64,000 bases of DNA from an uncultured Nitrososphaerota archaeon (GTDB lineage Archaea > Thermoproteota > Nitrososphaeria > Nitrososphaerales > Nitrosopumilaceae): NCBI GenBank assembly GCA_963701075.1, contig OY969559.1, positions 1,568,001 to 1,632,000 on the forward strand, given 5' to 3'. Below are positions 20,083-29,875 of the stretch, piece after piece (the stretch's first letter is position 1; each line of letters starts with the position of its first letter). The notes beneath the pieces were generated by a model. The model searched no databases and was not told where the DNA came from. It worked only from the letters and a program-made list of their open reading frames with translations. Made by a program: the position numbers and the translations under genes.

Positions 20083-20706
20083 TTATGCTGTCACTCTTGT
20101 CTTTTCCTTTTCAATTTTTCTTAGATCTTCGTACGCTTCCCTAATTTCGGAATAAAAGTCATCCATCCTTGGTTCAAGAATGGTATAAGCAATGTAAAAG
20201 TCCTCAGCTTCTTTTACGTATCGCGCTACTTTCTCATGTCCAGAAATCTTTGAAATGAATCTCATGTTGTTTAATCTATCTGCCAGTTTGATTACTTTAA
20301 CATCATAATCGGATTTCGTCAAAACATTGCAGTATTCACGAAACCTCTCCAATTCACGTTCTTTGTCAGTCAGTCCAGGATAGATTTCCAGTGGCTTTGT
20401 TTTCAGAGTTGAAGCCGTCTTGTAAACATACTCACCAAACCGGTGACCAAAATACGCATCAAAACCATATGATTTTGATGCATGCAGATCCAAGATTCGG
20501 TCATTATCTTCCATCACATCATGCAGTATTGCAGAAACTATCTGAATTGTAGTCATCGGTTTGTTGGCCTGCTTGTAGTGCCTAATTACGTTTATTGTTA
20601 CTGGAAATATATGAGTCTCAAGAAATGATGACGTACCATCTTCCCTTCTAACTCCAGAATGGACCTCCTCTGCCAAATGTATGGCACTTTCAATATAGTC
20701 TATCAA
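20083..20706 (-). CDS. HD-domain protein (RelA/SpoT hydrolase-like)
   Basis: AEEVHSGVRR, SAILHDVMED and IKLADRLNNM. Confidence 0.85.
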   Translation of the reverse strand: MIDYIESAIHLAEEVHSGVRREDGTSSFLETHIFPVTINVIRHYKQANKPMTTIQIVSAILHDVMEDNDRILDLHASKSYGFDAYFGHRFGEYVYKTASTLKTKPLEIYPGLTDKERELERFREYCNVLTKSDYDVKVIKLADRLNNMRFISKISGHEKVARYVKEAEDFYIAYTILEPRMDDFYSEIREAYEDLRKIEKEKTRVTA

Positions 20707-20924
20707 TGTGGATTTTTGCTTCCTTTTCTATGAAGAATAGAAAATCTTTCTTCTTAACAGACTCTATCATAAGATAATGTTTCACTTGATCATTGAAAAA
20801 TATGATCTTTTACGCCTAGAAGATTATGACCAGTCTCGGCATTGCCACCTATTTTAGGCATCATTGAAAAGAATCGATCAAAAGAGATTGCATTATTAAT
20901 CGGATTTACAGCATTAGTTTAGGT

Positions 20925-22229
20925 TTGAAATTTCCCTCGTTGAATAGATTCAAGTCACCTGAGAAATCTTTCCCTACATTAGAGGAACTTGATAAAAATA
21001 TAACAAAATTCAGGGCAAAGATTGATGAAAACATCAAAGAATCCAAAGGAGATGATTACACATTAAAATCCACTACAAAAGATAGCTTTCTCATACTGCC
21101 GGCTCCTTTTGATTCAATTGCAAGTATGGTTTATGATGATTCATCAGGATCTGCAAGAGAAAGAATAGAATACGTGCTTTCATTTTTTAAGAATCTGCAG
21201 AGTATCGACGCAACACAATATAACGGAATATTAGCGAGAATAGAGGGAACAATCTCAATCAAGGAACCTCAGTATTGGAATTCTCAGGATAACATGAAAA
21301 AAATTCAAGATATCATACCCAGCAGTATTAAGAAAAACAGTATTACAGCAATACAAACAGAAAGTAGCCAAATGCAAGAACGACAAGAATCTGTACAGAC
21401 CCAATCAATTACTACAACTCCATCCCCTCCGCAAGATGAAAATGCCAAATTTGAAGAGAACAAAGCGTACATTGCAAAGATCTTGACTGGGACAGGTCTG
21501 CCACTGGTACTCAGGTCAGAACAAAACACTACACTGCAAGATGAAGTAAAACAAGAAATATCATCTCTTCTGGAAGAGAACAATAAACTGAAAGAAAATC
21601 TCCTACAGACAAACAATCTAGCAATTGAGGAAGATGAATATCTTCTCAGAATAGCTAACTTTTATTATTTAATAGGCAACTCCCAGAAAGCAATTGAAAC
21701 GTACGAGTATATTCTCAAAAGAAATCCTACTAAAATGGCAATCCTAAACAACAAAGGAGTGGTTTTGGATTCCATTGGAGAATACAATAGTGCGCTAGAA
21801 TGTTTTAACAAGGCATTGGAACGCGTTCCTGAGAATGTCCATGTTTTATCCAACAAAGGAATTTCGCTATACAAGAGCAAAATGTATCAACAGGCACTTG
21901 AGTGTTTTGATGCTGCCCTAAAAATTGATACCAATTACATCAATGCCCTTACATTCAAAGGTCATTCATTATACAGACTTGGAAAAAATAGTGAAGCACT
22001 TGACTTGTATAATAGAATCATAAGGCTAGATCACGGTAACGCTGAAGCATTATACAATAAAGCATGCCTGTGTTCCATAAAGGGAGATGAATATGGCGCA
22101 ATCACATCTCTTGAAAGAGCAATTCGCCTTGACTCTTCATGGAAAGAGGCAGCTTCACAGGATAAGGACCTTGGACGTTTAAAGAACAATTCACGCTTTA
22201 AAGGGATTGTAAACTATGTATCGAATTAG
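20925..22229 (+). CDS. TPR-repeat protein
   Basis: C-terminal TPR array (NNKGVVL...ALECFNKAL etc.). Confidence 0.88.
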   Translation: MKFPSLNRFKSPEKSFPTLEELDKNITKFRAKIDENIKESKGDDYTLKSTTKDSFLILPAPFDSIASMVYDDSSGSARERIEYVLSFFKNLQSIDATQYNGILARIEGTISIKEPQYWNSQDNMKKIQDIIPSSIKKNSITAIQTESSQMQERQESVQTQSITTTPSPPQDENAKFEENKAYIAKILTGTGLPLVLRSEQNTTLQDEVKQEISSLLEENNKLKENLLQTNNLAIEEDEYLLRIANFYYLIGNSQKAIETYEYILKRNPTKMAILNNKGVVLDSIGEYNSALECFNKALERVPENVHVLSNKGISLYKSKMYQQALECFDAALKIDTNYINALTFKGHSLYRLGKNSEALDLYNRIIRLDHGNAEALYNKACLCSIKGDEYGAITSLERAIRLDSSWKEAASQDKDLGRLKNNSRFKGIVNYVSN

Positions 22230-22318
22230 AATTTTGTAAAAGATGTTTCAAGTGTAGAAGACTTGCATTTGCAAACATTTTGTTATTTTTTCTTGGATCA
22301 GAAAAGTCACTGATATGC

Positions 22319-22423
22319 CTTTGTTTTTTTATAGAAGAATACAGGTGCGCGATTCTATAAAAGCCAGAGATGCAGAAGTAGATGAAACTTTGTTTTTTTT
22401 ATAGAAGAATACAAGTGCGCGAT
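22319..22423. repeat. ~35-bp direct repeat, two copies 70 bp apart
   Basis: CTTTG(T)7-8ATAGAAGAATACARGTGCGCGAT at 22319-22353 and 22388-22423. Confidence 0.85.
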
Positions 22424-22528
22424 GGTTTCAGGAGAAGGATGTAATTTCTCAAGCATTTCACGTTTGACTCCATAATGCTCCAGAGCGTTCAACATTTCGT
22501 CTACAGATACTTTATCTGAGTTTGACAT
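22355..22528 (-). CDS. Small hypothetical protein (57 aa) whose 3' region is duplicated
   Basis: Manual translation MSNSDKVSVDEMLNALEHYGVKREMLEKLHPSPETIAHLYSSIKK... Confidence 0.5.
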   Translation of the reverse strand: MSNSDKVSVDEMLNALEHYGVKREMLEKLHPSPETIAHLYSSIKKTKFHLLLHLWLL

Positions 22529-22651
22529 TGATGGAGGATCTTCTAAGACTAATAATATGACTGGGTGTGAGGGTTTTCATAGTACCTACTCAGCTTGTTT
22601 GATCAACTGCCAAAAATTGATGACTTGTATCAGATAAGACAGTGTAAGGTC

Positions 22652-23014
22652 TTAGAGATTACCTATTCCTTTATAGATTGATTTGAAATCTTCTGCGATT
22701 CTATAGGCTATGGTCTGTAGTTTTGTAACCTCAGTCATGTTTGGTCTTCCACGTGCTATCTGTCTCATCATGGTCATACATTTGTGTACTTTGTTGTGGT
22801 CAGATGAGGTGTGTTCATCAGACCAAGCCTTAAAGCAATCATCAAAGTCTAGACAGAAATTCAATATGACTTTTTCCCAGTCTTTTTTTGTTGCAGGATA
22901 GCCTATTGCGTCTGCAAGTTCCCGAAACTCATTACTTTTATCAGCATAAAGCATCTTAAGTGCCCTGTCCGCGTTCTTACGATCATAACCATCAAGTGCG
23001 CTTGAGCCTTGCAC
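22652..23014 (-). CDS. Hypothetical helical protein
   Basis: 120-aa ORF with protein-like composition. Confidence 0.7.
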   Translation of the reverse strand: MQGSSALDGYDRKNADRALKMLYADKSNEFRELADAIGYPATKKDWEKVILNFCLDFDDCFKAWSDEHTSSDHNKVHKCMTMMRQIARGRPNMTEVTKLQTIAYRIAEDFKSIYKGIGNL

Positions 23015-23133
23015 GTATCAGGTCCACCAGTTCTCCTATTTTAACGCATTAGATTCTACACACATATTATCATCCAACATGATAACTGTGAGCAAATCTG
23101 GCAATTATCGATACATTTGATTCATGGTTTGGC

Positions 23134-23661
23134 GTGTCGTCAATTAACAAAATGAGATTAGCGTGGGTCGTGGCATTGGTATTGACTTTGGCGGTGGCAG
23201 TCCTGCCCGCGTCTGCAGAAGAATTTAATGCTTCAGTAAACATCACAGGCGGCAGCGAAGCAGGTCAAAGTTGCGTTTCAGCCAAGAGTTGCTATGATCC
23301 TGATGCAATAACAGTGCAACCCAATACAGTAATTACGTGGATAAATATCGATAATACTGCACATACCGTAACAAGCGGATCACCATCCGAGAATAATACT
23401 GGAACAGTATTTGATAGTGACATGATAGGTCCTGGAGGAACATATTCTTTCATATTCATAAGCTCTGGCACATACGATTATTTTTGTTCAATCCACCCTT
23501 GGATGACAGGAGAAGTAATTGTGGCGTCTCCTCTTGCAACTAATTCATTAGGCAACAGTGCAACTACGCCAGAATTCGGCCCTTTAGTCATTCTTGTTTT
23601 TGTAATCTCGATCTTTGTGACAATTTTTCTGACCAAAAACAGATTGATTTTTAGATTTTGA
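23134..23661 (+). CDS. Plastocyanin-like cupredoxin with PEFG-CTERM anchor
   Basis: AHTVTSG and YFCSIHPWM type-1 Cu ligands; TPEFG + TM. Confidence 0.92.
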   Translation: MSSINKMRLAWVVALVLTLAVAVLPASAEEFNASVNITGGSEAGQSCVSAKSCYDPDAITVQPNTVITWINIDNTAHTVTSGSPSENNTGTVFDSDMIGPGGTYSFIFISSGTYDYFCSIHPWMTGEVIVASPLATNSLGNSATTPEFGPLVILVFVISIFVTIFLTKNRLIFRF

Positions 23662-23780
23662 AAAATTCATACCCAGATACCCCAGGCCAGTCCTGAAAGT
23701 CAAGTCATAATCATTACTTGAACCAGTTGTCAATATTTCAACGTGTATCTTTATCCGTTATGAACCCATGAAACCAGTTA

Positions 23781-24392
23781 TTGGATAAATCAATCAAGAG
23801 TTCTTCAGATGATGCCAGGTTGCTCCATAAGGAGGGACTCGGATTTCAGCAGCTAGGAAGACAGGAAGAGGCAATCTCTTGTTTTGATAAAGCATTAGGA
23901 CTGGAACCACATAATGCTGAATTTTTGTATGACAAGGCAATATCGCTTCAGATGATACCTAGGTTTGATGACGCAATAAAATATTATGACCTGGTATTGA
24001 AAATCGAATCAGATAATTTTGCTGCTCTTATCAACAAAGGACTTTGCTTATCAACTCCCAGTGTAAACCGACAAGAGGAAGCATTGCTTTGTTTTGAGGA
24101 AGCATTAAGAGTAGATCCAAATGATCTTGGGGCACTATCCTTGAAGGGCTATTCCCTCGATAGCTTGGGCAGATACAGAGAGGCCATAGGATGTTTTGAT
24201 AAAATCTTAGAACAACAACCAAACGAACTTAACGTATCAGTAAACAAAGGTCTAGCACTGCTTCATTTAGGCAAGTACGACGAGGCGATTGCATATTTTG
24301 ACAAGGTGCTCGAATATGAACCCGATAATCTTTTTGCATCAGAGTGGAAAAAAGACGCAGTTAAGATGAGAGAGAAGGATCTTTTTTCTTAG
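23781..24392 (+). CDS. TPR-repeat protein
   Basis: Five TPR-like units. Confidence 0.9.
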   Translation: MDKSIKSSSDDARLLHKEGLGFQQLGRQEEAISCFDKALGLEPHNAEFLYDKAISLQMIPRFDDAIKYYDLVLKIESDNFAALINKGLCLSTPSVNRQEEALLCFEEALRVDPNDLGALSLKGYSLDSLGRYREAIGCFDKILEQQPNELNVSVNKGLALLHLGKYDEAIAYFDKVLEYEPDNLFASEWKKDAVKMREKDLFS

Positions 24393-24425
24393 AGTATGAT
24401 GAAAGATTGATAAATAATTACTAAA

Positions 24426-25205
24426 CTAATTTGGAGCAGTATAGCTCTGCCATGTTTTTGTTACAAAGCCATTTAGAGTGCCATTTCCAAGATAATATGC
24501 TTCATTGTAAACATTTTCTGGGAAGAGTCTGTATGTGTCGTTATACTGTATGACTGTAACCATTGGTACAATTTGTTGATCTGTTTGAAAGTCTGCAGGT
24601 GCCAAATTGTACAGATCGCATGTTTTTAAGAATCTCACGTACTTGGTAGAAAAGTCCACAAAGCAAGTGGTTTCAAGATTCCATTGAGTAACTTTACCAA
24701 GATATACGATGTAGTTTCCGGTAGATACTGGTAATCCGGTTATTGGATTTGAAAATTCAGCAGTTGCATTTGCCTGGGTTGCATTAGTAGGATAAGGATT
24801 TACAGTATAGGTTGAGCTTGCAAGTGCGTTTATGTATCCAGTTTTTGAAACAGTGACATCTATTTCATAAGTACCAGGGGTTGAAGGTATGGCAGACTGA
24901 TATCTAAAGTCGCCCTGATTGTCTGTAGTTGCCGTTACTGCTTCAGATCCAAATAAGATGAGCACGGTTGCACCTGTGACTGGTTTGTAGGCTTGATCCG
25001 TAACATTTCCAATTATCACTGGATAGTCTCCTTGTATGATGGGGTTTGTTTGAGGGCTTACATTAACAAGCATGTTGTAAGTAAGTGTAGAATGTGATAC
25101 CTGGATGCTTGAAAAAGCGATTATGAAGACTACAAGAACTACTGAGATAGGTACTATGTGGATTCCTTTCAACTCTTGATACTTTTTGCTTTTATTGTTA
25201 ATCAC
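24426..25205 (-). CDS. Secreted or membrane-anchored protein with a transthyretin/carboxypeptidase-regulatory-like beta domain
   Basis: TM helix, then GNVTDQAYKPVTGATV...ATTDNQGDF...GTYEIDVTVSKTGY. Confidence 0.75.
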   Translation of the reverse strand: MINNKSKKYQELKGIHIVPISVVLVVFIIAFSSIQVSHSTLTYNMLVNVSPQTNPIIQGDYPVIIGNVTDQAYKPVTGATVLILFGSEAVTATTDNQGDFRYQSAIPSTPGTYEIDVTVSKTGYINALASSTYTVNPYPTNATQANATAEFSNPITGLPVSTGNYIVYLGKVTQWNLETTCFVDFSTKYVRFLKTCDLYNLAPADFQTDQQIVPMVTVIQYNDTYRLFPENVYNEAYYLGNGTLNGFVTKTWQSYTAPN

Positions 25206-25269
25206 TGGAATCTAACTTTTTTCTCCATTGGCTCAGAAATGTTTAAGGAAGTATTTCATCGCATATACC

Positions 25270-25302
25270 AACGGGTGTACTGAGGAACCGTTTACATCCG
25301 TT
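25270..25302 (+). promoter_or_regulatory. 5'-UTR hairpin upstream of the TRAM gene
   Basis: AACGGGTGTA...TACATCCGTT forms a 10-bp stem with one G-U pair. It lies downstream of TTTAAG (~25242) and upstream of SD AGGAGGTG. Confidence 0.5.
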
Positions 25303-25348
25303 TTTATTAGGAGAATATATGCCGTGGATCAAGATAGGAGGTGCAACG

Positions 25349-25651
25349 ATGAGTTATAACCAAGGCGGTTTTGGAGGAAGGTCTAACCGTGGATACGGCG
25401 GCCGAGGGTTCGGAGGCGGTAGTAGACGATTTGACGACAATAAACCAAAACCAGTAGAGACCGGAAAGGAATACGATGTTTCCGTGACGGAAATTAGCAG
25501 AAAAGGCGACGGTATCGCAAGAGTAGAAGGATTTGTGATATTTGTCAAAAACGGCAAGGTTGGCCAGAACACTAAGGTAAAGATTACCGAGGTAGGCCAA
25601 AGATTTGCTACTGCAGAGATAGTAGAAGGTTCTCAGCCAGCAGCTGAATAA
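25349..25651 (+). CDS. TRAM-domain RNA chaperone (archaeal cold-shock type) with an RGG-rich N-terminus
   Basis: PKPVETGKEYDVSVTEISRKGDGIARVEGFVIFV; AGGAGGTG precedes ATG 25349. Confidence 0.92.
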   Translation: MSYNQGGFGGRSNRGYGGRGFGGGSRRFDDNKPKPVETGKEYDVSVTEISRKGDGIARVEGFVIFVKNGKVGQNTKVKITEVGQRFATAEIVEGSQPAAE

Positions 25652-25660
25652 TCAAGATAC

Positions 25661-25677
25661 CTAGTTCGAGGAACTAG
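25661..25677 (+). terminator. Hairpin after the TRAM gene
   Basis: CTAGTTC-GAG-GAACTAG followed by T-rich tracts. Confidence 0.45.
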
Positions 25678-25896
25678 ATTTCCAAAATTTTCTCAATTTT
25701 TAATTTCATTTTCTAGATAAACATAAAGCTGGACATAGTTTTCCATTGGACTCAGTTTTGTCTTTTAAGTATGATTCCATAAATCACGGGTTGTAAGAGA
25801 AAAGGCAGGCACGGTATTGTTACTATATCACAGTACTTTCATGTCAAGGCAGTTCAAGAAAGTAATGAATCAAACAAAATGAATTTAGGAAAATAC

Positions 25897-26290
25897 TCAC
25901 GGAAATCCTTCTGGGCTGTGAAGCATATCATGTTTCAATCGTAGAGCTTTGTATATTATTGGGGCATGATCAGCCTCTACATCTGTTGTAATGTAGAGTA
26001 TATGATCAAAATCCAATGGCATTGTAATTCGCTTTATCTTTTCATATTCTACTAGAGCGTATTTTCCTCTACCAATCTTAGCTGATACTTCGTTACGTGA
26101 TTTCCAAGCATTTATGGCAGAGCTGAAGCGATTTTTGACTTTCTTCAGGAGAGAGAAGATTTTCCACTCCCTTTCTATGACTGCTGAATAGTACTTTTCC
26201 TCCCATATCAAATATTGTAGCAAAACGAATCTTTGGGTCTATCGCCATTACCTTTTCAAATAGAGAGGTGTAATCCGTAATGTATAACAT
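25897..26290 (-). CDS. Roadblock/profilin-like thaumarchaeal protein, +1 frameshift next to AGCT 26121-26124
   Basis: IDPKIRFATIFDMGGK... joins SLQLAINAWKSRNE...IGRGKYALVEYEKIKRIT. Confidence 0.8.
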
Positions 26291-26461
26291 ACTTCGAGAG
26301 TGATAAAGTTTACTGGAGAATTTCAGAGAGTAGAGAAGAGATAATGAAAAAAATTGAAAGCAATTAACGTATGATATGAATTTTGGATACTAAAACACGT
26401 GTGATGATTCTCAGCACTATTTTTCTGAATAGTTAAATATCAAACACTTAAAGTTGTTGTA

Positions 26462-26836
26462 TTGAACAAAGTTGAAGCACAAGAGATTGCAGAGCGAATA
26501 ACCGAGATGAGCCATTATGTTAGATTTGCAGGCATTATAAATAACAACGGCTGGTTAATCGCTCATGTAAGAAGAGCAGACTTGAAGCCTCTACTTAACA
26601 CAAAAAATACAAAGAACAAGTTTTCTCACCTTGCAACCCAAAGGGGCATGGCAACACAGTTTAACAAACAGCTTGGAAATGTGAAATTCCTCTGGGAAGA
26701 ACGGGAAAAAGTTCAGACAATCGCGTTTACACTAGGCAAGAACACAGTGTGGATTTCAATTGATAAAAATGTAGTTCGCTCAGAAGTTCTCAGGATAATA
26801 GACAACTGCCTTCCCATTGTGAAGCATTACCAATAA
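26462..26836 (+). CDS. Roadblock/profilin-like thaumarchaeal protein
   Basis: VRFAGIINNNG...LKPLL...FNKQLGNVKF...REKV. Confidence 0.8.
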   Translation: MNKVEAQEIAERITEMSHYVRFAGIINNNGWLIAHVRRADLKPLLNTKNTKNKFSHLATQRGMATQFNKQLGNVKFLWEEREKVQTIAFTLGKNTVWISIDKNVVRSEVLRIIDNCLPIVKHYQ

Positions 26837-26840
26837 ATTC

Positions 26841-27218
26841 CTAACAGAGTATCCCAAGTATCTTCATTGAAATTTTACCGTGATCTAAATCAGTATTTGC
26901 AGATACATACAATATATCATGGTCATTGAGTGGGAAACTCATGATGATTACTTTGTCTCTAAGTGACATTGCAAACCTGACCTTTCCTAATTGACTGTCA
27001 AACTCTTTTCTCATCCGCGCTCTCAGAGCAACCTCTGTAAAGAGCATTTCATCATCCTTCGGATCCTCAAGAGATTTTAATCCTTCTCGTAAACCTCCTG
27101 AGAGGAGTTTTCCTCTCTCATTTATGACACCTACAAATCGTATCGCAGAATCAAGATTCAGTACCTTTTCACATATAGAATCATAGTCTAGAGATCTGTT
27201 GTTTGACAACTTGACCAA
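26841..27218 (-). CDS. Roadblock/profilin-like thaumarchaeal protein
   Basis: IRFVGVINERG...MRKEFDSQLGKVRFAMSLRDKVIIMSFP. Confidence 0.82.
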   Translation of the reverse strand: MVKLSNNRSLDYDSICEKVLNLDSAIRFVGVINERGKLLSGGLREGLKSLEDPKDDEMLFTEVALRARMRKEFDSQLGKVRFAMSLRDKVIIMSFPLNDHDILYVSANTDLDHGKISMKILGILC

Positions 27219-27296
27219 CTATACACAGACATATGAAATAGATAATACCTTCGGTAATCAATTAAAAGTAAAAAATTGATTTAAGCGTATTTCAGC

Positions 27297-27437
27297 CTAA
27301 AATCTTCTTTGTGTACGATGTTTGGGTAAACATTCACGACAATACACTGGTTTGCCTTCCATTGGTTTGAAAGGAACCTGTGTCTCTTTTTTGCAATCCG
27401 AGCATACTGCTGGATGCATTTCCCTGTCTGCTGACAT
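27297..27437 (-). CDS. CxxC-x17-CxxC small zinc-ribbon protein (46 aa)
   Basis: Manual translation MSADREMHPAVCSDCKKETQVPFKPMEGKPVYCRECLPKHRTQRRF. Confidence 0.9.
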   Translation of the reverse strand: MSADREMHPAVCSDCKKETQVPFKPMEGKPVYCRECLPKHRTQRRF

Positions 27438-27792
27438 GGTTTTCAATAAAGGGCAGTTACATAAGAACTCTAGCATTTTACGTAATTGATATTCAAGTTA
27501 AAGCAGGTCTATTAGTCCTGACAAGATACCATCTGTGCGACATTTAGACTATTACTGCATACTGCGGCATTAGTGTTAAGATAAATAAGGAAAAACGAAA
27601 CTGTGGTCAAGTCAAGACATGATAAGCGCGACATGGTCTGGCTTGACAGGCACTAATAAGACCACAGTTCCTGCCACAAGTACGCATTATGAAAAGATAA
27701 GAAGGTACGAGTATTTTTGATAACAAAGAGATCAAAAACTTTACCTGACTCATGATCAACAAGTCCTGTTAAATAACATATAAAATAAAAAC

Positions 27793-28767
27793 CTAGTAAT
27801 GAAACACTGTATCTCCAATAGTCTTCTTCCAATCGGCACGAACTCCCGGCCTTCCCTTTAGCCGCTCTATGTAATTGAATGCCGAAAGTCCAGCTGTTGC
27901 GCCACCTGCACATGCTGCCACAATCTGTTTGTATGGGATATTGGTTGCATCACCTGCGGCAAATATTGCCGGATGCAAAGTGGCATTTCCCGCAGATATC
28001 TCAATTTCTCCCTTTGTGTTAATTTTTACCAGATGTTTTACAAAATCCAAGTTTATCTTTGAACCCATCTCAATGAATAAACCATCTACCTGTAGGGTGG
28101 TCTCTTTACCAGAGTTGTCTAGAACTACGATTGATTGAAGAGTGTTTTTGCCAGAAATGGCCTTGATTGATGATTGTGGCACTAGTTGTACATTCTCTTT
28201 CTTTTCAATAGATGCAATCATATCTTTGTCTCCGCCTAATGTGCCTCCCTTGTAAATCAGATATACTTTTGATGCCATCCTTGAAAGCAAGATCCCAGAC
28301 TCTAAGAGATATCCACCAACACCCACAGTGGCTGTTATCCTGCCTTGGTAAAATGGAGCATCGCATTTTGTACAGTAATGGACACCTTTGTTTGAAAATG
28401 TAGATTCGTTTTCTACGCCCAAATTATTTGGCACTTTGCCAGGAGCAAGAACTATAGATTTTGCCACATATTCAGACCTGCTCGTCTTTACTCTCATCCC
28501 AGATTCAGATTCTTCGATCATTTCCACAGTATCGTAAACTATTTCACCATTGAACGAAAGGTATTGGCTTTCCAGTGTTTTTGCAAGCAGCGGTCCACTT
28601 GACATTAACGTTCCGGGATAGTTCTCAAGCTTTGGAATTAGATTCATCTGTCCTCCTAGATCTTTTGATATTAGCAGACAGGATGTTTTTTGTCTTGCAA
28701 TAAAAATTCCCGCGCTCAACCCTGCAGGACCCCCTCCAACTACAATTATTTCGTATTCTTGAACCAA
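27793..28767 (-). CDS. trxB: Thioredoxin reductase-like FAD/NAD(P) oxidoreductase
   Basis: GGGPAG, GGQ...ENYPG, GVHYCTKCD and FAAGD...KQI. Confidence 0.85.
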   Translation of the reverse strand: MVQEYEIIVVGGGPAGLSAGIFIARQKTSCLLISKDLGGQMNLIPKLENYPGTLMSSGPLLAKTLESQYLSFNGEIVYDTVEMIEESESGMRVKTSRSEYVAKSIVLAPGKVPNNLGVENESTFSNKGVHYCTKCDAPFYQGRITATVGVGGYLLESGILLSRMASKVYLIYKGGTLGGDKDMIASIEKKENVQLVPQSSIKAISGKNTLQSIVVLDNSGKETTLQVDGLFIEMGSKINLDFVKHLVKINTKGEIEISAGNATLHPAIFAAGDATNIPYKQIVAACAGGATAGLSAFNYIERLKGRPGVRADWKKTIGDTVFHY

Positions 28768-28768
28768 C

Positions 28769-28999
28769 TTAGTTAATAGAGATAAGCGAAGTGAGGTTGT
28801 TTATGCCATCTATATTATGCAAGTCTACATCTATTGTTTGCTTAATTTCTTGCATATTATTTGATTCAAGTATGATTAGAATATCATATATGCCATAAGT
28901 GGTTTTTACGGATTTTACGGTGGGAAGTTTTTTTGCTTGTTCTACTATGTTATTTTGTTTTTTATAATCTACATTTAGCAGAACATATGCTTCATTCAC
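28769..28999 (-). CDS. Lrp/AsnC ligand-binding (RAM) domain protein
   Basis: AYVLLNV...TYGIYDILI; lacks an HTH. Confidence 0.85.
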   Translation of the reverse strand: MNEAYVLLNVDYKKQNNIVEQAKKLPTVKSVKTTYGIYDILIILESNNMQEIKQTIDVDLHNIDGINNLTSLISIN

Positions 29000-29089
29000 A
29001 TATTACGCATTGAGCCAATTGTAATAAAGTTTGGGGCTTTGGGTACTACGTACCATCTCAAGTCAAGCACCATACAATGTTCTTCAGTA

Positions 29090-29602
29090 CTAGAGATTCT
29101 TGTTACTTACATCCTTTATAGCTTGAATGATTTTCTCTTGACGTTTTGATTCTATCATTATTGTTTGACCGTTCTTGAATTCTAGTTTTATTCCACGTTT
29201 GCCTCCAAGAGAATATGCTTTTTTTGAAAGTGCATATCTTAGACCTAGTTTATTTTCTTCCTTCTCCCTTTGTTCATAAGACTCACAATTTTGGAGATCT
29301 GCAAGCGAGATCTTTTTGAACGAAGACTGGAATGGTATTACCCTTATGTACAAGCCATCATCACGTACTTGAATTCTGAGTTTGATTGTAAGCAATAGCA
29401 CTGGCAAGACAAACCCAATTGCCAAGAAAATAGACGATGCAATTGCTATTGCAGTTGTAGGAGCTCTATCTCCTGTCATCTCAAAGAGTGGCGGTAATGC
29501 AAAATAAACACTGCTAAAGGTGATACAAAGAACAACTAGCCATACCAAAGAGTGTGAAAAGGTTTGTGCCTCCCGGTACAAAACGTTCGTGGGACCTTCC
29601 AT
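29090..29602 (-). CDS. Membrane protein, two TM helices plus a bPH-like domain (DUF6141-like)
   Basis: LYREAQTF...GLYIRVIPF...AYSLGGKRGIKLEFKNG. Confidence 0.75.
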   Translation of the reverse strand: MEGPTNVLYREAQTFSHSLVWLVVLCITFSSVYFALPPLFEMTGDRAPTTAIAIASSIFLAIGFVLPVLLLTIKLRIQVRDDGLYIRVIPFQSSFKKISLADLQNCESYEQREKEENKLGLRYALSKKAYSLGGKRGIKLEFKNGQTIMIESKRQEKIIQAIKDVSNKNL

Positions 29603-29875
29603 TTCATAACAGTTTGATTAGCCTGATTTATATCATAAACCAGAATCTCGAACTCAAATCAGAAAGATCATGTGGAAAACATTATCTACGCTGCATCTTT
29701 TGAAGTTTAGTTGTGATAGTAACTATTTTCATTATAATTTCGTCGTTACTACCTTTTCCTTCCAAGAACTTGCAGAGCCAAACGATTTCGTCATTTGTCA
29801 GTAAATTTTCCATAATTTTCTCTTTCCGGTGTACTATATAGTGTTGCTGTAGATATCAGATCTTTTGCCTTGAGC

